From: Eledone cirrhosa
Lineage: Eukaryota
Direction of reading: 5' to 3'
DNA length: 64,000 nt
NCBI GenBank assembly: GCA_964016885.1
Contig: OZ024740.1
Coordinates: 172,980,001-173,044,000, forward strand
Shown here: piece by piece, positions 1-15,769 of the stretch
Layout of the letters: every line of letters starts with the position of its first letter
Numbering within the stretch: the stretch's first letter is position 1
The notes under the pieces: generated by a model
Seen by the model: only the letters and a program-made list of their open reading frames with translations
What the model was told of the DNA's origin: nothing
Database searches by the model: none
Made by a program: the position numbers and the translations under genes

Positions 1-113
1 ACAAATTTCTACAAATTTCATACTTGATGATCCAATACATTTATGTATGTATGTTGAGTGGGAGTTGATTGTTTGCATGCCATTGCATATCTGTATGAGT
101 ATTTGTTTATGTT

Positions 114-156
<43 letters not shown>

Positions 157-1072
157 GGGTGTATATGCCTCCCCTGTGTATATTTTGGGACGTTTTAAAT
201 ATTAAATAATTTAAACAGCCAAAAATTATTTTTAATTTAGGTATATGTTTGTTTATACCTATCCTAATATTTTATTGATACTTTATTTTATCGACCAATG
301 AATGCTGAAAGATAAAGTTGATCTTCGCGGGACTGGACATCGATCGCCTAATAATAAAACTGCCCACTACATCTTGTGCAATAGAAGTTCGATTTCATTG
401 TCCACAAGGCAATCTATAGTGATATAAGCAAACAAGATAAAGTAATCATGGATTCTAACTTAGAATCTATGTTACGGGGTCGATAAAATAAAGTACCAGT
501 AATACACTGGGATTGTGACAAAAGTAGAAACAATTATTTTCTATATGAGATCATTAGTAAATGATGTGTCATGAAGGCTTGAAAATGCAATATACAGCAC
601 GTATGAGAAGGATATACTTGTCGCCATAGATACATAAGGTGTCGAGAATTTAAAGGAAGATCTAGAAAACAGCCCTGTACAAAACTTTAACATCCAAAAT
701 GTTACAAATAAACGTTCGAACAATATAACAACCCAATGTTAAGACATTAACATTCAGATAGAAAATGACATACACATCATATCTGTCTGCACCAAAAATC
801 ACTGATAAAGGTATATGTGTACAGACACACAATGTCAGCAGTAAAATCCCTAATTAAAAAAGCCTTTAAGCATTTTTCTATAAAAGAATCACTAAAAATC
901 TACATAATTAAACAAACACTCATTAATATCGAATGTTTAAACAATGTATAAAATCATATGCCATAGAACAATACAAACCCAAATACAATGCTAGACATAA
1001 CATCGTTTAGAAATAAATAAACCACACAAAGTACACTCCATGAATCAAATGCATAGTAATTATGGACTATAT

Positions 1073-1421
1073 CAGAGGTTCTCAATGTGGGTGCTACCTC
1101 CCCCGTGGGGGGGGGGCATTGAAAAGGTCCAGAAGGGCGCTGGGGCCTAAGGAGTCAGGGGCGGTAGAGATGATATAATGGTATATTGAATATCAGATGA
1201 TACATATATATAAATATAGTAAAATAAAAAATATATAATATTTATTTATACATAATATATATATTATATTATATATTATATATAAATTAACGATTTTATT
1301 TATCATATATTATTTACAATACGTGTATAGGCAGGTCTCTATGGAAATAGGGTTGGCGTGCTGAGATTATTATTACGTGGTCGTAAGGAGGGCGGTGGTC
1401 CCAAATGTTTGAGAACCTCTG
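1073..1421. mobile_element. hAT-type (Charlie/MER5-like) MITE
   Basis: TIR CAGAGGTTCTCAA...TTGAGAACCTCTG; perfect 8-bp TSD GACTATAT at 1065-1072 and 1422-1429. Confidence 0.9.
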
Positions 1422-2878
1422 GACTATATAAACACATCAAAAACCTCATAAAACAGAACACAAATGATATTGCTTCAAAACATAAACTACCAGAAATAAT
1501 ATGCTACAAAAACACATAAAGTTAAACACTTTTTATCTATAACAAACTACAAGATTGTCGGTCCGCAGACAAATTATTAAATAGTAATATGAATTGAAAA
1601 TTTGACTGCAGATTTTAAAGTTATATATTTCACGACTCCAACTGTTATTTGCCCACACAACCACGACACTCTCCTGCCAGCTCACTATGCATTTACAACA
1701 AAGAGTAATTGTAATATACTACATTGCACAATACTAAAAAATCTAGGTCGGAAAACATTTATAAACAGTACATCTATTCAATATAGATTTCCCCTCGAAA
1801 ATAGACAATTAATGATGAAAGCAATGTTTATAATAGAGAACAATGCTAAACTTAAAAGTACACACTAATCTCAAACAAAAATAGAAAATAAATATGTCTT
1901 CATCACTGAATATATATAAATCAAAAGGTCGGAAATACAAATTCAGGCAGCACTGAATACAAATCACATTTGCAGATCTGTCAATTCTACCCGTCCGATT
2001 GGGAAATCTCCTATACACTTTGGAGTGGGTGAGAGATGTCTTCTCTTGTGAAAATGGGCATAGCTTTCATTATGTAAAATCTCCCCATTTTGCCTCATTT
2101 CTCCCAGTTTTGGAGAGGTTGGTAGGTCTGCATTTGCCCTGCCAAGACAACTCAGAAATGCTGATAATGGATTTGAACCTTTACTGTTCCAAGTAAATTA
2201 TAAGGAATTCATGTGAAAACACAACATCAGCTTAGCTAAGAAGATAAAATTAGAATACTGTCTAATACACACACTCGTGCACATACATATATACATTCCT
2301 ACCCATATATGTATGTGTGTGAGTGTGTGTATGTGCGTACGTGTTGTATTGAAAAATGTGACTGTGTTCTAGTTTGTCATCTAAATTACCCACAATATAC
2401 TACTGGTATATATTTTATTGAATCTGCTTCATCGGAACCAATTACAAAATTTGATCTAAGAGAGATTGAACTCTAAACGTGAAGGGGCATAACTATAAAC
2501 CTCAAGTTATTTGTCCGGCACTCTGCCATTTTTGCTAACCCACCGATACTCTACCGTTTCCGTTATCTCACCACTAGTACATATTATTTAGTTGGGTATA
2601 GTATATAAAATATAATCGTTTCCACCTAGAGTTGTTCAACTTGCTAGATGTAGCAATAAAATCTCCCTTAAATGAGACCCTACTGTCTTTTAAAAGAGAA
2701 AGGCACACGAGATAACCCATAGGATCTGCCTTGCTCACAACCCTAAGGATCGACACCTGGACCAGGAAGCGCTCTGTCCTTGAGTAGGATACTTCATTTT
2801 ACTTTGCTCCAGTACACTTAACTAAAAAAAACAAAATGAGGTCCACCAGCAGCGACAGCAGCTGGAAAATAACCTTGC

Positions 2879-3095
2879 GTTTCTGATTTAGTCACAAAGC
2901 CAACAATTTTGAGGACAGAGGAAAGTCGATTAAATCGACCCCAGTGCATTACTGGAACTTTATTTCATCGACTTCGTAAGGATGAAAAGCAAAGCTACTC
3001 TTGGCGCGATTTGAACTTGGAACGTAAGGGGCCGTAACTCTATGCCACAAAGCATGGTGAGCGACGCGCTACCGATACTGCCAATCCACCTCCTT
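2879..3095 (-). mobile_element. tRNA-derived SINE (family S1)
   Basis: A box TGGCAGTATCGG and B box GTTCAAATC on minus; core GCTTTTCATCCTTACGAAGTCGATGAAATAAAG; homologous to many copies in the window. Confidence 0.8.
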
Positions 3096-3598
3096 GACGC
3101 CCCCATAAATAATAATTCAGACATGTAGATGCTCTAATACATGCTGGTGCACGCGTATATTGGTTTAGCAGGCACGTGCTCTGCACATGTAACAGTCGTT
3201 AAAAAACACTACAGCAAACGTTATATTATAGTGTTTACAAACACATCTGACTGTTCTTTTTATACACGCATTCATGAAGAAGTAAAAGTTTCCGGAATCG
3301 AATCAAAGTGAAAAAAATATTAAATAAAAAAAAAATCAAAGAAAAGAAAGGAAGAAAAATAAATAAAAATGTAACAAAGTAGTAAATAAAAGAAGAAAGG
3401 ATTCCCGCCCAACGTTTACAAATGATACGATTGATAGCATTGAGGCGTTAGATAGCAGACGGTTGTCCATTTATATGTTTTAGAATCTCTTCTTATCCTC
3501 TTATTATAGACTATCACAAGGAGGGACTCAATCTCACTTTTTTCTTTCCCTCTGACCGCACCTCTTCGCTTTTCCTCCCACTTGTTTTATCTTTCCAC

Positions 3599-3669
<71 letters not shown>

Positions 3670-3670
<1 letters not shown>

Positions 3671-3790
3671 ATTTCTCACGAATAAAACAGTTCTAGTCCT
3701 GTAGAAGCTCTTCTATATTAAAACTGTTATACTCTGCTATGTATTGAGTACCTTACTTATTGTGGTTACCTCCGATTCAACCTGGAATAA

Positions 3791-3794
<4 letters not shown>
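3670..3794 (+). mobile_element. Family B TA-anchored mini-element, 5' truncated
   Basis: Matches 9316-9436 and 54245-54361; flanked by (TA)n on both sides. Confidence 0.75.
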
Positions 3795-3826
<32 letters not shown>

Positions 3827-3827
<1 letters not shown>

Positions 3828-4136
3828 CCAAATGTTAAACAAGGTTCATTGATTATTCAATGAATATAGTTTTACAATAGATTAAAAGCACTCAACAAAG
3901 AAGTTTTCTGGAGTTATTAATATTATTCAAAATATTAATAAATGGATACATTCACATAATCAAAATATATGTTTTATTATATATATTTCGGAGGTACTGT
4001 GTTGTTTTTTTCAGTACGTCCTCATCAGATAAAATACATAAATTGATGTATGACATACCTCAACTGTGCCGAAATATATATAATAAAACATATATTTTGA
4101 TTATGTGAATGTATCCATTTATTAATATTTTGAATA

Positions 4137-4140
<4 letters not shown>
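3827..4140 (-). mobile_element. Family C fold-back mini-element with hammerhead
   Basis: Inverted arms about 3920-3991 and 4069-4140. Minus strand reads TTTTAT CTGATGA GGACGTACTG..CAGTACCTCC GAAA TATATA TA ATAAAA. (TA)n on both sides. Confidence 0.75.
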
Positions 4141-4218
<78 letters not shown>

Positions 4219-4221
<3 letters not shown>

Positions 4222-4392
4222 AAAATGAGAGGTTGTTTTAAGAATGAAAAAAAAACCAGATGTCCTACACACACAAGTGAAATTATAAGGAAAAAAGATG
4301 AAATCGAAAATGCAACTGGAGTCTTTTTAAGAAAATTTATTTTCTTAAAAAGTCTCCAGTGGCATTATCGATTTCATCTTTTTTCCTTATAT
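4219..4392. mobile_element. Diverged family D 3' end, fold-back
   Basis: GATGAAATCGAAAATGCAACTG plus its inverse, as in 22218-22519 and 61664-62032. Confidence 0.65.
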
Positions 4393-4396
4393 ATAC

Positions 4397-4465
<69 letters not shown>

Positions 4466-4654
4466 GCGCATGTCACTTCTTATTTTTTTTTTTTTTTCAT
4501 TTTTTTTTATTATCAAAATTTTTTTTTTCTTTCAGTTTAAAGTTGAAAAACAAGATCCAATTATGAAATTTAATTTAAAGATAATAAAATTAGTCTTGAG
4601 TTAATTTGTAATGTATTATTAATAAAAATAGGTAAGAAATTACTTTTGGCCCAT

Positions 4655-4695
<41 letters not shown>

Positions 4696-4697
<2 letters not shown>

Positions 4698-4907
4698 CGA
4701 AGGAAATGTGGTAAGGAACCAGGTGGACCATAACGCACCAAAATACTCAATACTTAGGGTAGTAGAGTGGGTAATAGGAACGAGTAGGACCCCGACGGCT
4801 GAGCTCAAGCCGTTTCGACGGCTAATTCTGGACTAAAATGTTGGTTTTAGTCCAGAATTAGCCGTCGAAACGGCTTGAGCTCGGCCGTCGGGGTCCTACT
4901 CGTTCCT
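4696..4907 (-). mobile_element. Family A fold-back mini-element in (TA)n
   Basis: Arms 4774-4838 and 4845-4909 nearly perfect; contains GAAACGGCT-TGAGCTC-(A/G)GCCGTC-GGGGTC; nine related copies in the window. Confidence 0.85.
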
Positions 4908-4989
4908 ATATATATATATATATATATACACACACCCACACACACGTACAGACACATGCAGACAGAGAGAGAGGGAGAGGCGGGTAGGA

Positions 4990-5275
4990 GTCAGGGGGTT
5001 TTGTCGGAACTAAAGATAATTCGTTCCACGGAGCCTTGGACTGACGGCAAAGTAAAGAAATAACTTTCTAGGGCATTATCGGAGGCAGCTGAGACAGCAA
5101 GTTACTACAACTGGCTCAAAAGTGAAGATGGAGGGTGTGCTTGACACATTGTCGTAGATGGAGAAGCTTCGTTCAGTGTCATACCACCAAACACATCAAA
5201 TGTCATGGTGTCCTGACGTGTTGAGGTGGAGGGAGTCACAACATCAGACTCACCAAAGATTGTGATGTTTCGTCG
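4990..5275 (+). pseudogene. Possible 3' end of an RLE-type (HERO/NeSL-like) non-LTR retrotransposon
   Basis: Broken frames give GFVG...ALSEAAETASYYNWLKS, resembling the C-terminal GF..AE.AS.W.WLKR motif. Confidence 0.4.
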
Positions 5276-5309
5276 CGTAAACACACACACACACGCATAT
5301 ATATATGAC

Positions 5310-5698
5310 AAGTCAGGACCTCGATGGCTGAGCTCCGGCCGTTTCGACAGCTAGATCCGAACTAAGTTACCGGTACTGGTGGCTTAGTTCGGATCTAGCT
5401 GTCGAAACCGCCGGAGATCAGCCGTCGGTGTCTTTACTCTTTTATATTACCCACTCTACTACCCTAAGTATTGAGTACTCTGGTGCGTTATGGTCCATCT
5501 GGTATCTTACCACACCTTCTTTGTTATATATATATATATATATATAACGAAGGAGTTGTGGTAGGAACCAGATGGACCATAACGCAACAGAGTACTCAAT
5601 ACTTAGGGTAGTAGAGTGGGTAATAGGTAAATGTATGACCCCGACGGCAGAGCTCAAGCCGCCGAAACAGCTTGAGCTCTGCCGTCGGCGTTATACAT

Positions 5699-5702
<4 letters not shown>
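5310..5702. mobile_element. Two family A elements tail-to-tail across a (TA)n tract
   Basis: 5310-5525 (plus body with inverted 5' arm) and 5546-5702 (minus body with short inverted arm); both 3' ends face the TA run at 5525-5545. Confidence 0.8.
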
Positions 5703-5747
<45 letters not shown>

Positions 5748-6549
5748 TAAAAATAATGAATAAAAACAAAGAAACAGTTCCTTATATTAAAAAATTCATC
5801 ATTTTACGATCGTTTCTAGGATATATATGTGTGTGTTGGTATGTATATCATATAGATATACATATATATATATATATGTATATCATATAGATATACATAT
5901 ATATATATATGTATATCATACGCACAAACACTTCTTACCCATGACACGCACTACAGACGCACGTCCGTCTTTCACTCTTCCACCACCCCCTTTCTTTCTC
6001 TGAATATCCCATATTATCTTTCTCATTCACTATTTTTCCCACCCTAAATTTATTTCTTAATCTTTCTCCCTCCTCCCCCAGTTGCTCATTCGTTCTCTTT
6101 CTCCCTTTCTTTTTTTATCCTTCATTCCACCCACAGTCTTTCTTATAACACAAAATGTTTTCTCTTTTTAAAACTCTCCCATCCTTCTTTTTCTTGAATT
6201 TCTTCTTTCACTTTTACTTTCACTTTGACAATCAGCCAAGGAATCTCTATGTGACTGCCTGATATGCTAAAAATAACAGCCAATTTCTTTTTCATATTTT
6301 CACACCCCCTCCATCTCAGAAAAGGGAAAGACACATTGAACAATGTTGTATTATGTACGTCCCACAAAAAGACGGGATTGTTACGGCTGGAGTGCCTTTC
6401 ATCATAGTTTTGCTCAATTAGGTTTGACCTAAGGCTAAACAATGCCACATCCTTATCTTGTTCCTCTCTTTTACTTTCTTTTTATCACCAACTTGTCTCA
6501 ATCTCTCTCTTTCTCTCTTACATACACGCACACACACTCTCTCTCTCTG

Positions 6550-6599
<50 letters not shown>

Positions 6600-8028
6600 T
6601 CATCTCTTCACACTTTCTCTCTTGTCATATATATTCACACACAAATATATCACTCTTTCTATCATTCCCTCTCCCCTTCTTAACCGCTCTCCCTCTTCTT
6701 CTCTCACTCACTATATATCTGTCAGTCTGTTTGCCTCTCCCCCCTAACTAACTCACTCTCTACCTCTGTTACACACACACACACACACACGCGCGCACTC
6801 ACGCACGCACACACACATATCTCTCACGCACACACACGATCTCTTTCTCTCTCTCTCACTTAGCTCTCTATGCTTATACCTCTCTACCTTTATCCTTCAT
6901 TTTCTCTCTCACATGTAAACAGTTTTCTCCCTTATTTAATTCTTACCTGTCAATCTATCCCTGCCTGTCCCTCTATACGGTAGTCCCTTTTTTTCTTTCT
7001 CTCTCTCCCTCTCTTTCTCTCTCTCTCTTTCTCTTTCTTTCTCCCCCCCCCCCCCCACACACACTATCACCATACATACATGTGTACATACATACATGTA
7101 TTCATGCATGTGCAGTCGCTCAAACAAACAAACATAAACACAAACGTGTATGCACACAAACATGTTCCGAAATGACACTTACACACAAACACACAAAACC
7201 TCCACTCGTCATGTCCAATCTCATCTCCACCTCATCTACCCGATCACACACATCACACGTGTGCCCACACATAACACAAACCACAAACAAAGAAATATAT
7301 ACATAACAAACACATACACACTTCAGGAAAAGCAATTCACACCTACTCAAAACACACATATAGATTGACACAGTGATGGATACTCCGTTGGTATCGACGA
7401 GGAGTATCCAGTTCTTCAATCAACTGAACGTCCGACTCATAAGATTAACGTGTAAATGGATAATTATTTCACAGACACGTGTAACTTTCATGTAATTCAC
7501 ATGCCGAATCAGCGTAACAGTGTATGACATAGCTAGACTACTAAATTAAATACACAATCCATCCGATCGACTTCCACAGTTTCTGTGTCCCTAATTTCAA
7601 TTACAAGAATGGGGTCGACTTGGATTAAATTAATGACACACTTGACTAAGATGGCTTGTAGCGGGATTTAACCCGGGAACTTATAATTGAAAAGCAAAAC
7701 TGTTAATCACTCAACAATGTTTGCACCCTTAGATACATTATCTACATACACAGGAAACAATAACGAGACCAGCCGCGCTGTATACGACTACTTTATATGC
7801 TAGAAACAGCAGCCACATCTCCCTCCATATCATACCATACCATCTCCCCACCCCAAATATGTGAGAAAGTGAGTAACATAGAGTAGTTGAATTTAGCACT
7901 CTACTTTGATTTTTGTCAAGTTTTAGTTAAGCAATAACAACAGCAACAGAGACGGCTGCACACACGCACACACGCACACACGCACACACAGACACACACA
8001 CACGCACACACACGCACACACACACACT

Positions 8029-8075
<47 letters not shown>

Positions 8076-8078
<3 letters not shown>

Positions 8079-8252
8079 AAAAGGTATGACCCCGACGGCA
8101 GAGCTCAAGCCGTTTCCCAGAAATAACCGTCGAAACAGCTTGAGCTCTGCCGTCGGGGTCATACCTTTTCCTATTACCCACTCTACTACCCTAAGTATTG
8201 AGTACTCTGGTGCGTTATGGTCCATCTGGTATCTTACCACAATTCCTTCGTT
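8076..8252 (+). mobile_element. Family A fold-back element
   Basis: Homology to 4696-4907; inverted arm 8076-8116. Confidence 0.8.
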
Positions 8253-8273
8253 ATATATATATATATATATATA

Positions 8274-8397
8274 TTTCTCCCGGTTCAATCGGGAGTAACC
8301 ACAGTAAGTAAGGTACTCAATACATAGCAGAGTATAAATAGGGCTTCCTGATGATTTATCCCGATTGAAACTATTCTAGTCCTGTAGAAACCATTTC

Positions 8398-8405
<8 letters not shown>
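8274..8405. mobile_element. Family B fold-back element with hammerhead
   Basis: Minus-strand 3' tail, then TTC CTGATGA..GAAA CTATTCTAGTCCTG TA GAA at about 8345-8389. Confidence 0.75.
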
Positions 8406-8433
<28 letters not shown>

Positions 8434-8435
<2 letters not shown>

Positions 8436-8592
8436 CGAAGGAAATGTGGTAAGGAACCAGGTGGACCATAACGCACCAAAGTACTCAATACTTAGGGTAG
8501 TAGAGTGGGTAATAGGAACGATGACTAAACGATTTTAGTCCAGAATTAGCCGTCGAAACGGCTTGAGCTCAGCCGTCGGGGTCCTACTCGTT

Positions 8593-8595
<3 letters not shown>
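8434..8595. mobile_element. Family A fold-back element
   Basis: Minus tail 8434-8520 joined to a plus segment with the longest upstream stem, GACTAAA-CGAT-TTTAGTC. Confidence 0.8.
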
Positions 8596-8645
<50 letters not shown>

Positions 8646-8698
8646 CAGGATACTATTTATGGTTATGTATATTTTAAACCTTAAACAGTGAAGGTCAG

Positions 8699-8733
<35 letters not shown>

Positions 8734-8759
8734 TTATATATATATATATATATTTATAA

Positions 8760-8826
<67 letters not shown>

Positions 8827-9262
8827 GAGAGAGGAGGGGTCAATTGGCAATGTTATTAGGGCGTCGGATTAAATGCCTCGGTATTTATTTCGGTTCACTG
8901 CGTTCTGGTTTCAAATCTCGCCCCTTTCTGGCATGAGTTGCAACCAGCAGATAGTATCAGCAATGAAAAAAGGACAAACAAGAAAATCGTCGTTTCCTTT
9001 AGGCCGAAATGACGATCGGTTCCTTTCCTTTCATATTTTCTTTTAATATATATCTTACCTATAGATAATATAGATTAAACGATACACAAAAATCCTCACG
9101 CGGATCCACAAACAGGTACTTAGACATGATACTAAACACTTTCCCCAAACTATCAAGCACAAGTGTTCATACTGAACACGTATACAAGCAGACATATAAG
9201 CATACATACAAGCATACATGCAAGCAGCACACAAGCGCGTGCACACACACACACACACATTG

Positions 9263-9436
9263 CAGGACTAGAACTGTTTCATTCGTGACAAATCATCAGG
9301 AAGCACTTCCTGATGATTTGTCACGAATGAAACAGTTCTAGTCCTGTAGAAGTTCTATATTAAAACTGTTATACTCTGCTATGTATTGAGTACCTTACTT
9401 ACTGTGGTTACCTCCTATATAACCCAGAATAACTTA
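9263..9436 (+). mobile_element. Family B fold-back element
   Basis: Perfect inverted arms centred on GAAG-CA-CTTC (about 9304); 3' end joins (TA)n. Confidence 0.85.
9305..9353 (+). ncRNA. Type I hammerhead ribozyme (family B)
   Basis: ACTTC CTGATGA TTTGTCACGAAT GAAA CAG-TTCTAGTC-CTG TA GAAGT: stems I, II and III all pair; GUA cleavage triplet. Confidence 0.8.
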
Positions 9437-9594
9437 TATATATATGTGTGTGTGTGTGTGTGGTGTGTGTGTGTGTGGGGGGGGTGTAATTATGCATATG
9501 TACACATATATACACACACATACACACACACATATATATGTATGCATAATTACATTTAAGTATCAACTGTGCTAGGGCGAGAAATAAAATTCTA

Positions 9595-9625
<31 letters not shown>

Positions 9626-9640
9626 GTATATATATACATA

Positions 9641-9724
<84 letters not shown>

Positions 9725-9743
9725 TATGTATATATATATATAC

Positions 9744-9774
<31 letters not shown>

Positions 9775-9823
9775 ATTAGAATTTTATTAGTACACATGTA
9801 ATACACACACATATATATATATG

Positions 9824-9875
<52 letters not shown>

Positions 9876-10621
9876 CATATATATATGTGTGTGTATTACA
9901 TGTGTACACACAAATACATAAATACATAAATAATACATACATACATACATACATACATACACACATACATACATACATACATACATACATACATACATAC
10001 ATACATACATACATACATACATACATACATACATACATTTATATTTGCATATATATTTACATATGCAAGGTGGACACTGTGATGTTCAGTCGTTTACAAT
10101 GTAAGAACGAAGAGAGGGGAGAGAGGAGAAAAGAAAACTGAAAGAAAAAGAAAGAACCGCAAAGAAAGTGGAAGTAGGAGGTAAAAAGCGATGGCAGCAC
10201 ACGTGTAACCGATCCGATCCTTTATATATAAAAACAATGCGCATGTGCTTGGCGTGCGCTCATTCATTACGTCTGTCTTATACGGACAACACGATTGTAA
10301 ACACATAACAGAGACGATGACGACAACATCCTTGAAAATAAACACGGGACGAAGTCTTCTTGTCCATTTCGTGTTGAATTCCAAATTTCCTGAGACCAGT
10401 CTTAAATAATAACTTTATAAAAATAGAATTAGATGGTGTATTATTTCCAGTAAAGTAAAAAGACAGAAAACAAGGAAATCAACAATCATAAACTACAATA
10501 AACCCCACCAAAGAAGGAATAAGTAGCAAAGTTAAAAAGAAAGCACATTGAAAAAGTAAGTATGAATTATTTATGCATAGAAACCATTATTTATACATGT
10601 GCGCTTCGGTGTGTGTCTATG

Positions 10622-10688
<67 letters not shown>

Positions 10689-10791
10689 ATACTTTATATA
10701 TATATATTGTTATACTTTATTTAAAGTAAAACAATATCGGTTTCAACAAACCCTTTCAGATAAAGAATCCTGCTAAACAAATTCAGAAACG

Positions 10792-10848
<57 letters not shown>

Positions 10849-10961
10849 ACACATCTTATCTTACTGGTAATAAGGTAGTAATAAATTACTGACCTTCCCT
10901 GTTTATAGTTGTTTATAGTATAATATATATACATAACTATAAATGGTATCTTTATATTATA

Positions 10962-11064
<103 letters not shown>

Positions 11065-11073
11065 GTGTGTATG

Positions 11074-11111
<38 letters not shown>

Positions 11112-11309
11112 TTATAGGTGAATACGTATATATGTATATAGGTATGTATGTTTATATATATATATAATATATATATATATATATGTGTGTGTGAAATTAG
11201 AATTTTATTTCTTGTTCTAGTACATTCTAATTTTTACATACAGTATATATATATACCCATACGTACATAAATATATGTATATAAATATATACATAGATAT
11301 GAGTATATA

Positions 11310-11606
<297 letters not shown>

Positions 11607-11626
11607 CTATATATATTGTTATACTT

Positions 11627-11843
11627 TGTGAGATGTGAGAAAAACTACAGACCCTCCATCTCAATTCTACTTTTGAAAAGCAGAAGAACTGCGAAACCGG
11701 TAAAGGAACCAAATAAATATATATATATATTTTAAAATAAGGATCCAGTTGCATTTTCGATTTCATCTTTTTTTCTTTATACTTTCACCCGTGTAGGACA
11801 CCGGTTATTTTTCATTTTGTATAAAAAATCTCACTTTCTAATA
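11627..11843 (+). mobile_element. Family D element with U3-A8 hammerhead (11669-11706)
   Basis: CTT TTGAAAA GCAG AAGAA CTGC GAAA CCGG TA AAG; 3' end CTCACTTTCTAAT-(AT)n. Confidence 0.8.
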
Positions 11844-11849
11844 TATATG

Positions 11850-11942
<93 letters not shown>

Positions 11943-11996
11943 TAGTATATCTACCAACATATATATACAGATGCATACATATGCTAGCAAATATAT

Positions 11997-12058
<62 letters not shown>

Positions 12059-12107
12059 GTATATATATGTATATATGTACATATGTATATATAAATATAT
12101 ATATATA

Positions 12108-12194
<87 letters not shown>

Positions 12195-12728
12195 TTATAT
12201 GTATACATATATATATATATGTATATATATATATATGTGTATGTATATATATTTGTGTATATATATACATATATATATGTATATATGTATGTGTGTATGT
12301 ATATATATATAAATAAACATATATATATATATCTATATATATATATATACATATATATATGTATATATGTATGTGTGTAAGTATATATATACATAAATAT
12401 ATATATATATATATATATATACATTCATATATTGCGTATGTATATATATATACATTCATATATTTCATATAAGTTTCGTTTACATATGGAAAATATTTAT
12501 TGCGTTCCGACCTGTTACGCGCGTTTCGCAGAGGATTGGCTCAACGTGGCCATTCTTATATATATATATATATATAAATTTTAGTACAGCATTAACGAAG
12601 CTTTAGGCTGCGGCTAAGCTCACGAATACAAATTCGGAATATAGCTTTAGCACTCGATAGAGAATAATACCCCCAGAGTAATAACAATACGTTTAGACAG
12701 CTTTGCAAATCAAATATATATATATATA

Positions 12729-12929
<201 letters not shown>

Positions 12930-13237
12930 TTTATATATATGTATATAATAGAATCGTCTTCACAAGGGTCTCGGGAAGAAGCCACAGTTAAATAAGGTAC
13001 TGAATACATCACAAGAGAAGATTAATATATATTTTATATTGAAATAACTTATATATTTAAGATATCCCTGATGATTTCATAAGTGTACAGCACTAGTTAT
13101 GTAGAAGTCATTTCTTTATTATATATATGTATGTATGAATGTATGTATGTATGTATGCATGTATGCATGACTGTATGTATACATTTATGTATATATGTAT
13201 GTATATGCATATATATATATATATGTATGTATGTATG

Positions 13238-13323
<86 letters not shown>

Positions 13324-13355
13324 TATGTATATATGTGTATATATATATATATATG

Positions 13356-13449
<94 letters not shown>

Positions 13450-13602
13450 ATATATATATATATACATATATATATGTATATATATATATATAATATATAT
13501 ATATATACATATATATATGTATCCTCTTTTACCTGTTTTAGCCATCCGGCTGAGGCCATGCTGGGGCACCGCCCTGTATGTATATATATATATGTATATA
13601 TG

Positions 13603-13759
<157 letters not shown>

Positions 13760-13780
13760 ATATATATATATATATGTATG

Positions 13781-13983
<203 letters not shown>

Positions 13984-14232
13984 GAAGGTTTGCAGAAAGA
14001 TCCATAGACAGATCAAGATACTCTCATGGAATGACCAATTGGGGTTTATTTTTCAACACAGTCCCTGGAAACAATGGAACTATTAATGAGAAGAGCTGAA
14101 GTTTAATGCATGCAAGATTTCACAGCTCTACCATCATTCCTTTATAGTTACCACATGAACTTTTCAACCGACCATAGTATATATAGAATATTTATATATA
14201 TAATACATATATATATATACTCACACACACAC

Positions 14233-14268
<36 letters not shown>

Positions 14269-14273
14269 CTATA

Positions 14274-14333
<60 letters not shown>

Positions 14334-14334
<1 letters not shown>

Positions 14335-14768
14335 TCAATGATATTAAATAAATGGAAACTATATTTATAAAACCATATTTAATCTATTATATATATTTCA
14401 AGGCTACGAAAAACTTTGGTACGCTTTCATCAGATAAAATACAAAGTGTGTTTTATAAATTTTGACATAGCCTTAACGGTTGAAATTTTCCTTGGATTAT
14501 TCAAGGAAAATTTCAACCGTTAAGGTATGTACCTTGGCTATGACAAAATTTATAAAACACACATTGTATTTTATCTGATGAAAGCGTACCAAAGTTTTTG
14601 GTAGCCTTGAAATATATATAATAGAATAAATATGGTTTTATAAATATAGTTTCCATTTATTTAATATCATTGAATATTGTACTCCAGAACACTTGTCGAG
14701 TGCTCTGAATCAGTTATAAACATTTATATTTGTTGAATTACCAACAAATTGAATATCCCTTCTGCTTA
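14334..14768 (+). mobile_element. Family C fold-back element with a hammerhead on each strand
   Basis: Arms of about 160 bp around 14497. Plus HHR 14568-14627: ATTTTAT CTGATGA AAGCGTACC..GGTAGCCTT GAAA TATATA TA ATAGAAT. Mirror copy at about 14382-14440. Confidence 0.85.
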
Positions 14769-14888
14769 TATATATAAAGATATATATATACATCTATAAT
14801 ATATATACATTATATATATATATAATATATATATATATATAATGTATATATATATATATAATGTATTTATACATTATAGATGAGTGTA

Positions 14889-14968
<80 letters not shown>

Positions 14969-15417
14969 ACTCCTTGATAGTCAATCAGAAGTTTTGCATT
15001 TCCCTTAACTTTTGAAGGCGTGGCACCGTGGTGAAATTGATCCTGTTGTACAGGTCAATGACACCAAAATATTGGTGAATGCCTGCGTCAGGTGGCTTGC
15101 AACAGCGTGAAACCACCCTTGACACACTACACACACATATATATGTATATATATATAAATATATGCATATATATGAATTTGTGTGTGTGCATTTGCACGT
15201 GTATGTGTGCACATGAATCGTGTTTGTATGTATATATATATATATATTATATGTTTGTGCATGTGTATTTCTGTGTGTAATATATATATATATGCATATA
15301 TATATGATATATATATATATTTATTAAGTAACAGATTAAAGTTTAAGCAAAGAATCGCTGCTTTCACCCTTAACGTGTGTTAAAGTGTAAACATCATGTT
15401 TCAATAGAAATAGCTTC

Positions 15418-15520
15418 GACGGGACTAGAACTGCTTCATTGAAAAGAATTCATCAGGAAAGGACTTTCCCGGTGATTTTTTTGAATGAAACAGTTCTAGT
15501 CCTGCCGAACACATTTCCAT
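15418..15520. mobile_element. Decayed family B fold-back
   Basis: GGACTAGAACTG..TCATCAGGAAAG / CTTTCC..GAAACAGTTCTAGTCC. Confidence 0.65.
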
Positions 15521-15521
15521 A

Positions 15522-15581
<60 letters not shown>

Positions 15582-15658
15582 CATTGTAAGGACAGAAATA
15601 CCCTATGGAGCTCATTGATCCATAGGGTATTTCAACGAGATTTTAACTTTACCTTTTA

Positions 15659-15769
<111 letters not shown>

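Noticed and set aside
541-1960. A/C-rich segment, possibly an ancient decayed retroelement ORF
   Set aside because: No convincing motif in any frame by eye
4696-8595. Repeated palindromic motifs as CRISPR or REP arrays
   Set aside because: Dispersed and irregular, in eukaryotic context, with no spacer periodicity or cas genes
12947-13120. Family B-like fold-back with CTGATGA at about 13068
   Set aside because: GAAA is lost and stems are broken; a decayed relic at most
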